Shown piece by piece: positions 1-11,306 of a stretch of 64,000 nucleotides of DNA; within the stretch, counting starts at the first letter, position 1, and each line of letters begins with the position of its first letter. The notes beneath the pieces were generated by a model, which had not been told where the DNA came from, searched no databases, and worked only from the letters and a program-made list of their open reading frames with translations. The stretch covers positions 5,108,175 to 5,172,174 of the forward strand of contig NC_134032.1 of the NCBI RefSeq assembly GCF_964204645.1. Direction: 5' to 3'. Source of the DNA: Tubulanus polymorphus (taxonomy: Eukaryota; Animalia; Nemertea). A program made the position numbers and the translations under genes.

Positions 1-116
1 GGGCCTGATATTTGTGGACAATAAAAACGCGATATAAATCATGTTTAGACGTCATTTAACTCGGAGACTTCGGGCGGTTAACATCGGATCTCTTCACATC
101 GACTATCGCGGATATC

Positions 117-954
117 ATGGATTCACCAAGCGGCCGAAGCACATGTAGTTTAGAAATATGTAGTTCTCCTAAAAAAGCGAAGCTTTCACCCGCATATAGG
201 AAAAGGAAACCGGTTCATCTCAAACTTAATTTCGGTAAGTCTATTTCTGTTTCGAGACAATATTTCGTAAAATGATGTATGTATGTTCTAAATACTTAAT
301 TTCGTAACTTTATTTTCTATAGACTCAATCGTTAATGATAACGCCGTCGATACGCCTCACTCAATGAAAACCGTCACATCGTCAGATGGTCAACCCGATC
401 CTCATTATTTAGGACAACTCGTTTACGCGTGCGTGAAAACATGGCAGGGTTCAAAACGTATCGATCTCAGGACATACGAGTGCTGCGACCGGAAGCACCA
501 GTTATACCCGACTAAAAACGGTATCGCGTTAGATTTGCAAGAGTGGGTACATATCGACTACTGTAAATCCGATATCGAACACGAAATTGAGCGAGTCAAA
601 CAACAAGCGGGATATGTGGGAGGTATGACTATCGGTCGTTCGAACTTTATTAAAATCTATCGTTCTAGTCATAATAGTCGTGTATACATCGATATACGGT
701 TCTATATACTATGCGATGCGAAAGGCGAAACCGTACCTTCTAGAAAAGGTGTAAAATTATCTCTCTCTCAGTGGAAGAAATTAAAAGACATTAATTTTAG
801 CGACGATGTACCCGAACTATCCGATATGAAACCGTGTTGGTACGAACAAAGTCATCAAAATCAAGAATATAGATGCGCATACTGCGCAAAGGACACTAGC
901 GGAGTTCGTAATGCTCCAGAATATTCCGCATACGCTCCCAGTAAGAATAAATAA
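117..954 (+). CDS. Tandem PC4/Sub1-like ssDNA-binding transcription coactivator (predicted exons 117-234 and 323-954)
   Basis: Two PC4 motifs (RIDLRTY...PTKNGIALDLQEW; YIDIRFY...PSRKGVKLSLSQWKKL). A GTAAGT...TTTTCTATAG intron at 235-322 joins ATG117 in frame to ORF 364-954. Confidence 0.75.
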
Positions 955-1389
955 ATACGTTTAATTAACGGTCTAATAATATGTATGGTTTTTCTAACTT
1001 TATTATCCACGATTAAATGAAAATAAACGTGTGTCAATAGAAGTCAATTGTCTTTGTCATTGTTTCGTCGGTCATTCATTCCCTTAAAGTTCAGTCATTT
1101 CGATATGTCGACTGTCTGTAGCATGATTCCATCAATTGCCTATCAATCAATCCTCTCAATGTTGGCCTTATCTACACGATCAAATTCCATCCTTTAGTGT
1201 AATCCAAAGCGACTATGATAATTAACATATCAATAAGGAATAACGATGTTCAATTTAACATAATATTTGATAAACTTTATTATATTAGTAAAGGATAAAT
1301 ATTCTATATAAATAGTAAATGTACAAAAAAATTCATTATTTAAATTCGAAAAAATAGTGGTGACTAGAGGAGAATAATAAAACGCGTAT

Positions 1390-4300
1390 CTAAAAACCGT
1401 AGGGAGCGTGTTAAATCTGTTCGTTGGATCAAAAGCCCTTTTAGTGTATACGGCGCGATATATTTTTCGCTCGTCCCTATTAAATATGGAACATTTTTTG
1501 ATGTCTCGATTTATCTTGTTTTGAATGGAAACGTACAAATGATCGTATTTTTCACCGACTATAATATCAACCATTGATTTAAAGTTGACTATTTGTTTAT
1601 TTCTAAAATTCAAATTAATTCCTTTCACTTTGCATTCCGATGAGAATTTATTGTCACGCGGACTGAAAACACGGAATGCATAGTTTTTCGGACCGGCCGA
1701 AACGAATTCCGAAATATAGGCACCATCTCCGTATTTATCTGCCAACTCATCGGTCATATCCCCTAAAAAGTTTCCAGTTGGCGGATCCCATTGATCAGGT
1801 TTAACGGTGTAAATGATTGAGTCGGTATCCGTGTAAAGGGTTCGATCCCCTAGTTTCTCCATATAACTATAGAGAATTAGTCGAGCATGCGCCGTTGTGA
1901 ACGCGGCTAAGGCGACGCTAGTTTTACCGGAGGATTCGACAAATTCGTCGCGTTTTCTGTAGTGCACCCTTAACACCTCTTCGTTACACAACAGTAAATC
2001 TTGTATCTCCAAACTATCGTCTAAAAGCATGCTGTACATTTCACCGGGGTCTGAAATATATTTAGCAGTGGTTTTGTTTTTATTTTGACCGAGTTTACCC
2101 CACATGCTATTTAAACATAGTTTGGCGACAGTTCGCATGCCCTTCGCCTTCTTTATGTTATTTTCTTCGAGACGGATACCCTCGCGCTCGAAATAATCGG
2201 ATAGAAATTGGTCTTTTTCGGCGCGAGTCATATCGGGAGATGGCCACCCGCTAGCTTCGGTTTTTACTTTTAGAAATTTTCCTATATAGTCTGCAAATAA
2301 TCCGGTTTCGCTACGTTCCCAATTCCAAATTTCGAATATACCGATAATACGGTATCCCAATTCAACGGCTTTTTGGATCTCTAAACCGACCCACGTTCCG
2401 GTAATAGCACGTTCGTCTTCCTAGTGGCGACACCTTTCGCGTTGATAACTATCTTCAGCGCACGAGCGACACAAAGGAAAGGATAATTTGCCATTGGCTC
2501 TGTATGGAAGGATGGGTAAATATAAGCCCCGAGGTGGTAAAATTCGGCATTTAATCAACCCGTAATATAATCTTTGATATCACCGAAATTTTCAGTTATA
2601 ACTGTTGGGTGACCTATTGGATAGCTACAACGACTATTAACGTACGGGTATAGCGAACATATGTCAATATATTTAATTTTTTCATCATCTTCGGCCTTAT
2701 GATAGATTTTGATTGCATTAGTTCGACCGCCGAAAAATGCGTCACGCGGTAATAACGGGTCAGAAATATCTACTTCTTTTTCAAAATCGGCAAAAACACG
2801 GTTTTCTTTCACCAAGTTACAATATTCGTGTTCCCAAAATTCCACCAAATTATATCCAAGGGCCCTAATCTTTGCACTCTTTTCTAACGTAGCCTGATAA
2901 AGTTCACCAAATTTTTTATCGGGCCGCACCGGCGACTGCATATCTGAATTTTTAAAACATTTAGGGCATCCGTGGTACAGACAGCCATGAAATTCATACA
3001 CGGTGTTTGATTCGGCGTGGTAACCATCCACTTTATAGCGGTCAATAGTTACTTCACCGCCATTCAACGCATGTTGAATTCGAATATTATTATTTTCAGA
3101 TAGCCATCTTAACCAACGGATGCTCATTTTTGAAAACTTGGCATTGGGTCTATAACCGCCTGGGGGTATTAAGCCAATTGTTTCCGATTTTAGGAAATTT
3201 GTTCTTAACGCTAGATTGCATGCCGACACAATGGTAATTGAATTTCTAAAAGGATCGACTGAAGTAAGTGCAAAGAATTGATGTTGGAAATTAATGACCG
3301 ATTGCATTAATATGTCAACATCGGACCGACAATACCCTATCAACTCGTGTTGCATATCAAAAACGAAATTTTCAGACCGGCGCTCTGTATGCCACTTTAC
3401 AAATTCGTTCCTCTCGCTGGAACTCATGCCATCAGGATTATAATAATGTAAATCCGGAATCGGTCCTACATAATTCATATTTTTTCCAGTACAAAAAGTG
3501 TACGGAAAATAACCCTTTTTCAATTCCGGAATACCTAATGTTTCCGGTAATTTACCAAGTTTCATAGGTAGGAAATTCAAAGTATCCAAAAATTTAATGT
3601 CCAAATGTTGGATAGACATCGTCATAATTTTACCACCGTTTGGTACTATGTCCGGTAGTATGCCTTGCGAAACCAAATATCTTAAAATAAAATAGCCGTC
3701 AAACGATTGAAAATTGTGCGCAAAAACAGTGGAACCCTTATTCTCCTCAGTAAACAGCCATTTGCAGAAATCGATATCCGACTTGAACACGTGTTCGTGT
3801 TTACCGCAATGGTCGCATGACGAGTCTGGAGTACGCCTTGACCATTTACACATTTGACACGTTCTGTGTGCTATACCTAATACTACAACGTGGTTCGAAT
3901 CCACAGTAGTCGTTTCGAAATCAAACGCTATAAATTTTCTAATTTTGAATTCTTCGCTTTTCGCGTCTAAATAAGGATTGATTAATTGATGCGTGTTTTT
4001 ATCGCCTTCGGGGACCACGTGCTCCTGACCTTTTGTCACCCCAATATAACAAAGATGGCCTATAGGTAGCTTTTCTTTACACGAGGAACAATACTTTTTA
4101 CCGCAATCGTGTAATTTAGGATCCAGTTTCGATCGGGGAATAATAGAGCCACAACGCATACACCGTGCCCGCGAATTACAAAGGCTTTGACCCGTTGCCA
4201 AAGGTCTTAAATGATTGGCAAAACACGCTTCCGATTTATAGTACATATTGCAACGATTGCAAAAATAATTGCCCCTCTGTTCTCGAGCGCAATTGCCACG

Positions 4301-5947
4301 ACATAAGGAACATTTGTCATTACAACGATGCGCTTCGGCTGTATTATATCCTTTTTTACACGAGAAACAGAAATATACACGACACGTAAATGCAGCCATT
4401 GACGATACGACGTCGAAGTGGCCATTCGTGTATAAAAGGATTATTTTCTTCGCATTCGAATCCTGGGTTAATATTTTTTTTATCGTTTTCGTACAATACG
4501 TGGTATGCGTTATTGTCTCCAGTCACCACTAAAACATAATAATCGTCAAGTTTAGCCTTCACCATTTTGTCCAGCTCGGGGATTCCACACTTGCCGGTGG
4601 GGACTCCTGTCGCCTGGTGCAATGCGAGAGCGGCTTCTCGTTGCGGTGATTTTTCGCATTTACGAATTATGTTATAACGAGGGTCATTATCGGCTCGCGC
4701 CTTCGCCACGACTAGCGCCCTCGCTAGGCATAAATCGTCATCATTATTTATACTGATGACCGATTTCTTTGTTTTTCGGAACTGTTCAAAGTCAGTCGTT
4801 ATCCGCTTTTGTCTAGCACCACCGAGAGACATCATAATGAGTGTACAATGAAAGATCAGCCCGTCCAAAGATAGATCTTCGTTAGACTGAAGAACACTAA
4901 CAATACGCTCGAGTAAATAATCGATAGTGGTACGTAGAAGTATTCGATATTTCTTTGAAGATTTTCATGTTCTATCGAAATCCTCAACATATCGGTTGGC
5001 CGGGCGTCTAACATCTCACTCATTGCCGCTAGGATGTTACTTAAATACTCGCGGAGTATTGTTTCGGTATCGCGCGCTGTTACGGTATCGTCCTCTTCCT
5101 TATTACTATCATCGTCCTTGTCATTGTTGGTAATCACAATAGCCTTGAACCGTTCAGTATTCATGTTGAATTTACGGCTATGCTGCGTTCCGGTCTGTAA
5201 AATAAATATAAAATTGTTGAAAAACCATGTAAATAATTTTTTTTTTTTTTTTCACGATCTATCGAATTTGTTCGATAATACTTACTCTAACTAACTTAAT
5301 ATTCCCTCTAATAATTTCATCGGGACTATTATTATTATGACACAGACGTTTTTGTGTCGATTGCTGGTCATTGTCGTCATCGTCCCTGGGTCGTTTCTGA
5401 GCCGTAGAACTAAAATGTTCCCTATGTATTTTCAGATCGTTTATTTCGGTAAAAGATCTTGCGCAATTAGAACATGAGAATTCCTTCGCAACCGGTCGTC
5501 GTGGTTTACACGATCTCATGTGCCGCTTAAGATTATCTTTTCGAGCCGATCTTTTACCGCAATTATTACACTGAAATACAAATTAAATATATATAAATAC
5601 AAAACGTATAACGTATATATTATGATCATGATAATATATATATATATATGTCTGAGGATTCTTACCGTGAAAGCGGTTGACGTAGATGGTTGAGGAGATG
5701 ACCGAACATTTGATATAGGTTGCTTATCGTCTGGTTGGTCAGAAGTCTGAGCTATCGGTGGCACTCTATCCTGCTCTACCTGCCGATTATTACAATTTTT
5801 CATATGCCGCACTAAATTATCTTTTCTGGCGTGTGCTTTACCGCACTCCAGACATTTGAAACCCTTCTTACCCTCATGCATCATCTCATGACGTTTGAGA
5901 TTGAATTTCGAGGCGAAGGTAGCGTTACAAATGCTGCACGAATACAT
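1390..5947 (-). pseudogene. polB: Protein-primed family B DNA polymerase of element A, with N-terminal C2H2 fingers; two introns, several frameshifts and a stop
   Basis: Motifs AFDFET, HNFQSFDGYF, YIDICSLYP, KLCLNSMWGK, YTDTDS, GPKNY, KVKG; VSR-like insertion KVDGY...EFHGCLYHGC. Predicted phase-0 introns 5571-5665 and 5195-5285. Frameshifts near 4930, 4450, 2560 and 1400; stop at 2421. Confidence 0.9.
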
Positions 5948-5966
5948 GATCTATAAAAGAGAACAT

Positions 5967-6880
5967 CTTTGTTACTTTAAAAAAATATCCAAACCACAAA
6001 TTTTATAATTGAATATTTTATCAAACCTCTTAGTATTTTCCTATTAAAAATGTACAAACCACATTTTCTAAAACTTAAAAAATTGTCAAACCGGGTTTTG
6101 TAAAATTCTAAACTTTATCATTACGATATAGTTTTTACGGATTTCGTTTTAAACAAACTTTGTTACTTTAAAAAATATCCAAACCACAAATTTTATAATT
6201 GAATATTTTATCAAACCTCTTAGTATTTTCCTATTAAAAATGTACAAACCACATTTTCTAAAACTTGAAAAATTGTCAAACCGGGTTTTGTAAAATTCTA
6301 AACTTTATCATTACGATATAGTTTTTACGGATTTCGTTTTAAACAAACTTTGTTACTTTAAAAAATATCCAAACCACAAATTTTATAATTGAATATTTTA
6401 TCAAACCTCTTAGTATTTTCCTATTAAAAATGTACAAACCACATTTTCTAAAACTTGAAAAATTGTCAAACCGGGTTTTGTAAAATTCTAAACTTTATCA
6501 TTACGATATAGTTTTTACGGATTTCGTTTTAAACAAACTTTGTTACTTTAAAAAATATCCAAACCACAAATTTTATAATTGAATATTTTATCAAACCTCT
6601 TAGTATTTTCCTATTAAAAATGTACAAACCACATTTTCTAAAACTTGAAAAATTGTCAAACCGGGTTTTGTAAAATTCTAAACTTTATCATTACGATATA
6701 GTTTTTACGGATTTCGTTTTAAACAAACTTTGTTACTTTAAAAAATATCCAAACCACAAATTTTATAATTGAATATTTTATCAAACCTCTTAGTATTTTC
6801 CTATTAAAAATGTACAAACCACATTTTCTAAAACTTGAAAAATTGTCAAACCTGGTTTTGTAAAATTCTAAACTTTATCA
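5967..6880. repeat. Tandem array, 190-bp unit, ~4.8 near-identical copies
   Basis: TTTTATAATTGAATATTTTATC recurs at 6001, 6191, 6381, 6571 and 6761; lies between the divergent pPolB and ATPase genes. Confidence 0.95.
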
Positions 6881-6955
6881 ATTTTTGAAATTCAAAATTA
6901 TTAAAAGTCGGCTACTACGGATAATCAAAAACCCTAAAACCCTAAAACCACTAAG

Positions 6956-7606
6956 ATGGCAGAATACGATGGGCCTAGATATCTCGTGCATCCATTTACT
7001 ATGCTAGTCTGCGGACCTACATCATCCGGTAAAAGTTGGTTTGTAAAGAAACTAATTACCGAAAAACTTATAGAAAAACAACCGGAAAAAATTTATTGGT
7101 GTTATGGAGAGGCGCAGCCCGAAATGTTTTAAGAATTGGAAAAATTTGATGTTCAATTTGTCGAAGGATTTTCTGATGAACTATACGAAAAAATAAACGG
7201 TAGTAGTCGCACTTTAATAATAGTCTACGATCTGATGAACGAAGTTGGCGGTAATGACACCTTGGCGGCGTTGTATACTAAGGGCGCTCATCATAGAAAT
7301 ATTTCTATTATCACTATTGTTCAAAACTTATTTCCTAAAGGGAAAGGTTTTAGGACGATTAGTTTAAATAGTCATTATATCGCCGTATTCAAAAACGCTC
7401 GAGATAGAAACCAAATTCGGGTGTTAGCTCAACAAGTGGGACTAAAAAATGAAATAGAACAGGCTTTCAAAGATGCTACAGAAGAACCACACGGTTATTT
7501 GTTATTAGACTTTAAACCGAAAACAGATGATAAATGGCGACTAAGGACTAAAATATTTCCGAGTGATGTATACCACATCGTTTACAAAACTAAGAAAATC
7601 CATTAA
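6956..7606 (+). pseudogene. A32/FtsK-like genome-packaging ATPase of element A
   Basis: HPFTMLVCGPTSSGKS Walker A; in-frame TAA at 7130; Walker B degenerated to IIVYDLM; HHRNIS...QNLF...ISLNSHY...YLLLD motifs. Confidence 0.9.
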
Positions 7607-7640
7607 AAGAAAGCTAAGGTCTACTATTTATAAAAGGAAG

Positions 7641-7936
7641 ATGGTTCCTCGTAACAATAAATCCGTTGATCGGTTAAAAAAGTACGTTCATCATTTTCAC
7701 GTGTTGGCAAGTTGTAAGAAAAAGCAACGAGAAGCGTTGATCGAATCGGCACCAGTAGAACTAATTATTTGTATTTGTGAAATATCTAAAAACAGTTTAC
7801 TGGGAAATATAGAACATAGCGACAAAGAGAAACGGGTGTTAAAACAACATAAACGATACATTCGTATGTTAGCGAATAAATATATAGCTGTTAAACATAA
7901 AAGGAGAGTTATTTCTCAAAAGGGAGGATTTCTGCC
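7641..7936 (+). pseudogene. Conserved Maverick protein (QKGGFL motif), 5' part, interrupted by element B
   Basis: LIICICEISKNSLLGNI...QKGGFLP; removing B restores the frame with 26315-26417. Confidence 0.8.
7931..7936 (+). repeat. Left target-site duplication of element B (TCTGCC)
   Basis: Identical to 26309-26314; 6 bp, as expected for Polinton integrase. Confidence 0.95.
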
Positions 7937-8538
7937 AGTAATAGGGGTAATGGGCTTTCATACCAAAGGTCGAACGGTCGAGCCCATTAAAAAACAAAAT
8001 ATTAAAAGTAATTAAAAAACTATAATATATTTTCATAACCGCGTGCATTTTATATCAAAACTAAATATTTATTCTAAGATATCAATAATATAAAAAGCAT
8101 ATTGTATTAAATCAATTGGTCGCTCCGCTTCGCCACCGCTCCGCTCCGCGACCAATTGATTTAATTACAATACACAAATTCAAATAATCAAATATATTCA
8201 AATGATAATAATTATTCTATTATTCAACTGAAATGCACGCGGTTATGAAAATATATTATAGTTTTTTAATTACTTTTAATATATGTTATTAATGAACTCG
8301 ATCATTAAACCTTTGATATGAAAGCCCATTACCCCTATTACTCTTAAAATATTCATATATATATGGATAACATTTAAATCATTGAACTTCTAAAATCAAT
8401 TTTAATAAAAAATATAGTATTAAAATGGAAGCAAATAAGTACTACTGCCCAACATGTAATATCGATATAGATAAATCTCAAAAAGCAAGACACAATAAAA
8501 CTATAACACATTTAGAGAATAAATTGAAACTAGAATAT
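7937..8538 (+). repeat. Left TIR of B (602 bp); outer 406 bp (7937-8342) is an imperfect palindrome
   Basis: Reverse complement of 25707-26308; I saw about two mismatches by eye. Confidence 0.95.
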
Positions 8539-8676
8539 TTACAGTTATATTCAGAACAGTTAACAAAGGGAAAGAAATTTATTGAATTATGGAATAATGA
8601 TCCAAATAATGAACAATACGTTGAGGAATTTATTATCAAGGAATCGAAAGAACTTATCAAAAGCAGCGAGGAATGA
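8425..8676 (+). CDS. Chimeric short ORF: first 38 aa of B pPolB (from the TIR) fused to a tail resembling the HNH protein C-terminus
   Basis: MEANKYY...KLKLEY is identical to the start of ORF 22794-25820; LQLYSEQLTKGKKFIELWN resembles LQLYLDQLDKAKTFVELWN of 8754-9422. Confidence 0.5.
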   Translation: MEANKYYCPTCNIDIDKSQKARHNKTITHLENKLKLEYLQLYSEQLTKGKKFIELWNNDPNNEQYVEEFIIKESKELIKSSEE

Positions 8677-8753
8677 AAAAGGATGACGTTAGTCGAAGAA
8701 ATGGAAGAGGATTCTAAAATGTTAATCAATTTTAATAAAAATATGTATAATAA

Positions 8754-9422
8754 ATGGAGCCGGAACAACCACAAACTATCAATATTACAAATAACACTGG
8801 CGTTATAAACATATACTACAAGAAGTGTTCTAAATGTGAATTAGATAAATTAGCTTTAACAGAATTTAGTAAGCGTAAGATTAGCAAAGATGGTTTTCAA
8901 TATTGCTGTAAAACTTGTTTTAAACTATATACCAAACAATACCGAGAAGATAATAGAGAAGCTTATAATGATTATATGACAGAATATATGAGAGAAAGAT
9001 ATCAAACAGATCTTAATTTTAGATTGAAACAATGCTTAAGATCTAGATTCACACAATTATTCAACAAAGAAACACATTCAGAAACATTATCTAATTTATT
9101 GGGTTGTTCAGATGAATTTCTCAAATCATGGATTATATTTCAATTCGATGATAAAATGAATATAGATAATTATGGGGATTATTACCATATTGATCACGTG
9201 TTACCAATATCTAAATTTAACATGAATGATGAATACAATAAAAAACTTATTTGGAATTGGAAGAATCTAAGACCTTTAGAAAAGAAGGAAAACATTATTA
9301 AATCCAATAAACTAGATTTACAGTTATATTTAGATCAACTGGATAAAGCAAAAACATTTGTTGAATTATGGAATAGTATTTCACAGAATCAACCGCATTC
9401 TGAGGTTTTGATCAGTGGTTAG
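8754..9422 (+). CDS. HNH-family endonuclease with N-terminal CxxC zinc-binding region
   Basis: CSKC...CKTC; YHIDHVLPISKF...WKNLRPL...ENIIKSN. Confidence 0.8.
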   Translation: MEPEQPQTINITNNTGVINIYYKKCSKCELDKLALTEFSKRKISKDGFQYCCKTCFKLYTKQYREDNREAYNDYMTEYMRERYQTDLNFRLKQCLRSRFTQLFNKETHSETLSNLLGCSDEFLKSWIIFQFDDKMNIDNYGDYYHIDHVLPISKFNMNDEYNKKLIWNWKNLRPLEKKENIIKSNKLDLQLYLDQLDKAKTFVELWNSISQNQPHSEVLISG

Positions 9423-9769
9423 AAAGCTGGCAATTCTATTTGAGCTGTGTATGTATATAATACATAGCTTTTGCTTACTACTAAAACATATGTTGCCAAA
9501 TATATCTTGTTTTCAATTCTAAAGAATTAATTAACTCATCATAAAGAACATCTGTGCAGAAGTAATTAGTTTGGTCGAACGTGCGCCACGTCGGCAGTTA
9601 GAAATCAACTTTCACATACATAGTACGTATTGGATATTCTCTCTCAAAACACAGTTTACAGTTCTAAATCTAAATGTAAGTACCGTTTTTTGTAGTTATT
9701 ATGAAGTAGGGAAACCTTTAAACATATTTAAGTATAGTAATTCATTTTCACGATATCTTTTAGATTAAA

Positions 9770-10498
9770 ATGGAACACAAAGATCAACCAGAAATTCTAA
9801 GCCAACCAACGGATGAGGAACGATTGCTACTGGATAGTGAAACTCAGGAATCAATAGAAATGGAGGATGAAACTCTCGTAATTGACGAACAAACTTCACA
9901 AACATTACAAGAACATTTGGACTATCATCAAGAAATGGTGAAAATTCTGAGTGATGTAATACATAATAAACAATTACCGCGCGAACTACAATTACCAAAA
10001 TTACCAGCAACGCGACTCAAATTGCTGTTGGGGCTCAAAGAATCGAAAACTAAGAAAATGAGTGGAGAAGAGTTGAACGAGTTTTTAAAATCTAAATTAA
10101 TCATTGACACAGGACATTTAAACTTTCCGGAAATACAAAGTGTAGAAGTTATTTCATTTGCTGAAATTACTGATATCTTAAAAAAAAGTTATAAAACCAT
10201 ATTAAATAGAAAAGCAAATCACCTATGGGACCACATCATTTTCGGGGGTTATCTAAATATAGGGTTTTCAATGTTTGATAAAGAAACTGAGGGGATTTCT
10301 TGGGGACTGTGGGTTAAAAAGAACATAGATATCAGTGCTGGTTTTGAAAGAAAACTGAGAAGAGTAGGTAGATTAATAAAATATGAAAAATTCAAAATAT
10401 TAGGATTAGCATTTAGTGAAGTAGTAAGACATTTACCAGAAATTGAAGAAATGATTGGAAACAATCCAGTAATTAAAGAATTCTGGACAAAATTATAA
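9770..10498 (+). CDS. Hypothetical protein (242 aa)
   Basis: Long intact ORF with acidic N-terminus; no motif recognised. Possible 5'-UTR intron GTAAGT(9676)...TTTTAG(9763). Confidence 0.6.
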   Translation: MEHKDQPEILSQPTDEERLLLDSETQESIEMEDETLVIDEQTSQTLQEHLDYHQEMVKILSDVIHNKQLPRELQLPKLPATRLKLLLGLKESKTKKMSGEELNEFLKSKLIIDTGHLNFPEIQSVEVISFAEITDILKKSYKTILNRKANHLWDHIIFGGYLNIGFSMFDKETEGISWGLWVKKNIDISAGFERKLRRVGRLIKYEKFKILGLAFSEVVRHLPEIEEMIGNNPVIKEFWTKL

Positions 10499-10566
10499 AT
10501 TATAATACTGAAGGTCTTAGATATCAAAAATGTAATCTCGATTGTATATATCTGTTTTAATATTGT

Positions 10567-10919
10567 ATTGTTTACTGTTAACTTAGTATTGCGCAATAAC
10601 CGGTCCTATTGGACCGCATTTCTATTGTTCTCCATTGTTCTACTATTGATCGTTGTTAATGGCGGCGGTTGTTCTGTATTGATTGTTTACTGTTAACTAA
10701 GTATTACGCAATAACCGGTCCGATTGAACCGCATTTCTATTGTTCTCCATTGTTCTATTATCGATCGTTGTTGACTGAAACAGCTGCTCAATATTGATTG
10801 GTTACAGTTCTATGTTTGAATGTTGTAGTTTACAGAATAAAAATATAACTGTGTATTGCGCAATAACCGGTCCTATTGGACCGCATTTCTATTGTTCTCC
10901 ATTGTTCTATTATCGATCG
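10567..10919. repeat. Three direct repeats (~65-90 bp) containing palindromes TATTGCGCAATA and CGGTCC-TATT-GGACCG
   Basis: Copies start near 10567, 10682 and 10853. Confidence 0.85.
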
Positions 10920-10996
10920 CTAAAATTTGTATAATAAATATATGTGTTTATGAAATAGTAATTCCACCAGTCGTTTCTTTGAATTTATTTTCAGTT

Positions 10997-11094
10997 TTAG
11001 GATTTATTATCGAGAATCCGAAATGACTTATCTGGACAGTTATAATTACTGCTCCTATAGATAGACAATAGTAGTGAGATAATCTAAATCCTAA
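10997..11094. ncRNA. Candidate structured non-coding element (shared with C at 33515-33593); strand and function unknown
   Basis: Conserved core AGAATCCGAAATGACTTATCTGGACA...TGCTCCT(C)ATAGATAGACAA(T/A)AGTAGTGAGATA with compensatory stems. Confidence 0.45.
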
Positions 11095-11306
11095 TTTAAA
11101 TAAAATATAATAAAAATAACATACCTTCAACTATCTATTATTTCTATTATATTTTTAATATTTTCTTTTCAAAAGAGAATACTTTATATCACAAATAAAA
11201 AATACTTAAAAAACAATAACTAATACTAGAATTCTTTAACTTCAACTAGCTAGTATCATTTGAAGAATACTTATAATATTTTTTTTGCTTTTTTCCTCTA
11301 ATATAA

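Noticed and set aside
1230-1389. Hydrophobic C-terminal extension of A pPolB
   Set aside because: Caused by a 1-nt deletion; the ancestral end is PYGF* (compare 48728-48827).
7937-8015. C-terminus of ORF 7563-8015 (VIGVMGFHTKG...)
   Set aside because: Read-through into B's TIR; the true 3' end is at 26315-26417.
10567-10919. CRISPR-like repeat-spacer array
   Set aside because: Only three long, unequal repeats in a eukaryotic element with no cas genes.
11020-11070. SECIS element or known self-cleaving ribozyme
   Set aside because: ATGA...GA is present but helix geometry does not fit a SECIS, no selenoprotein ORF is adjacent, and no known ribozyme core matched by eye.
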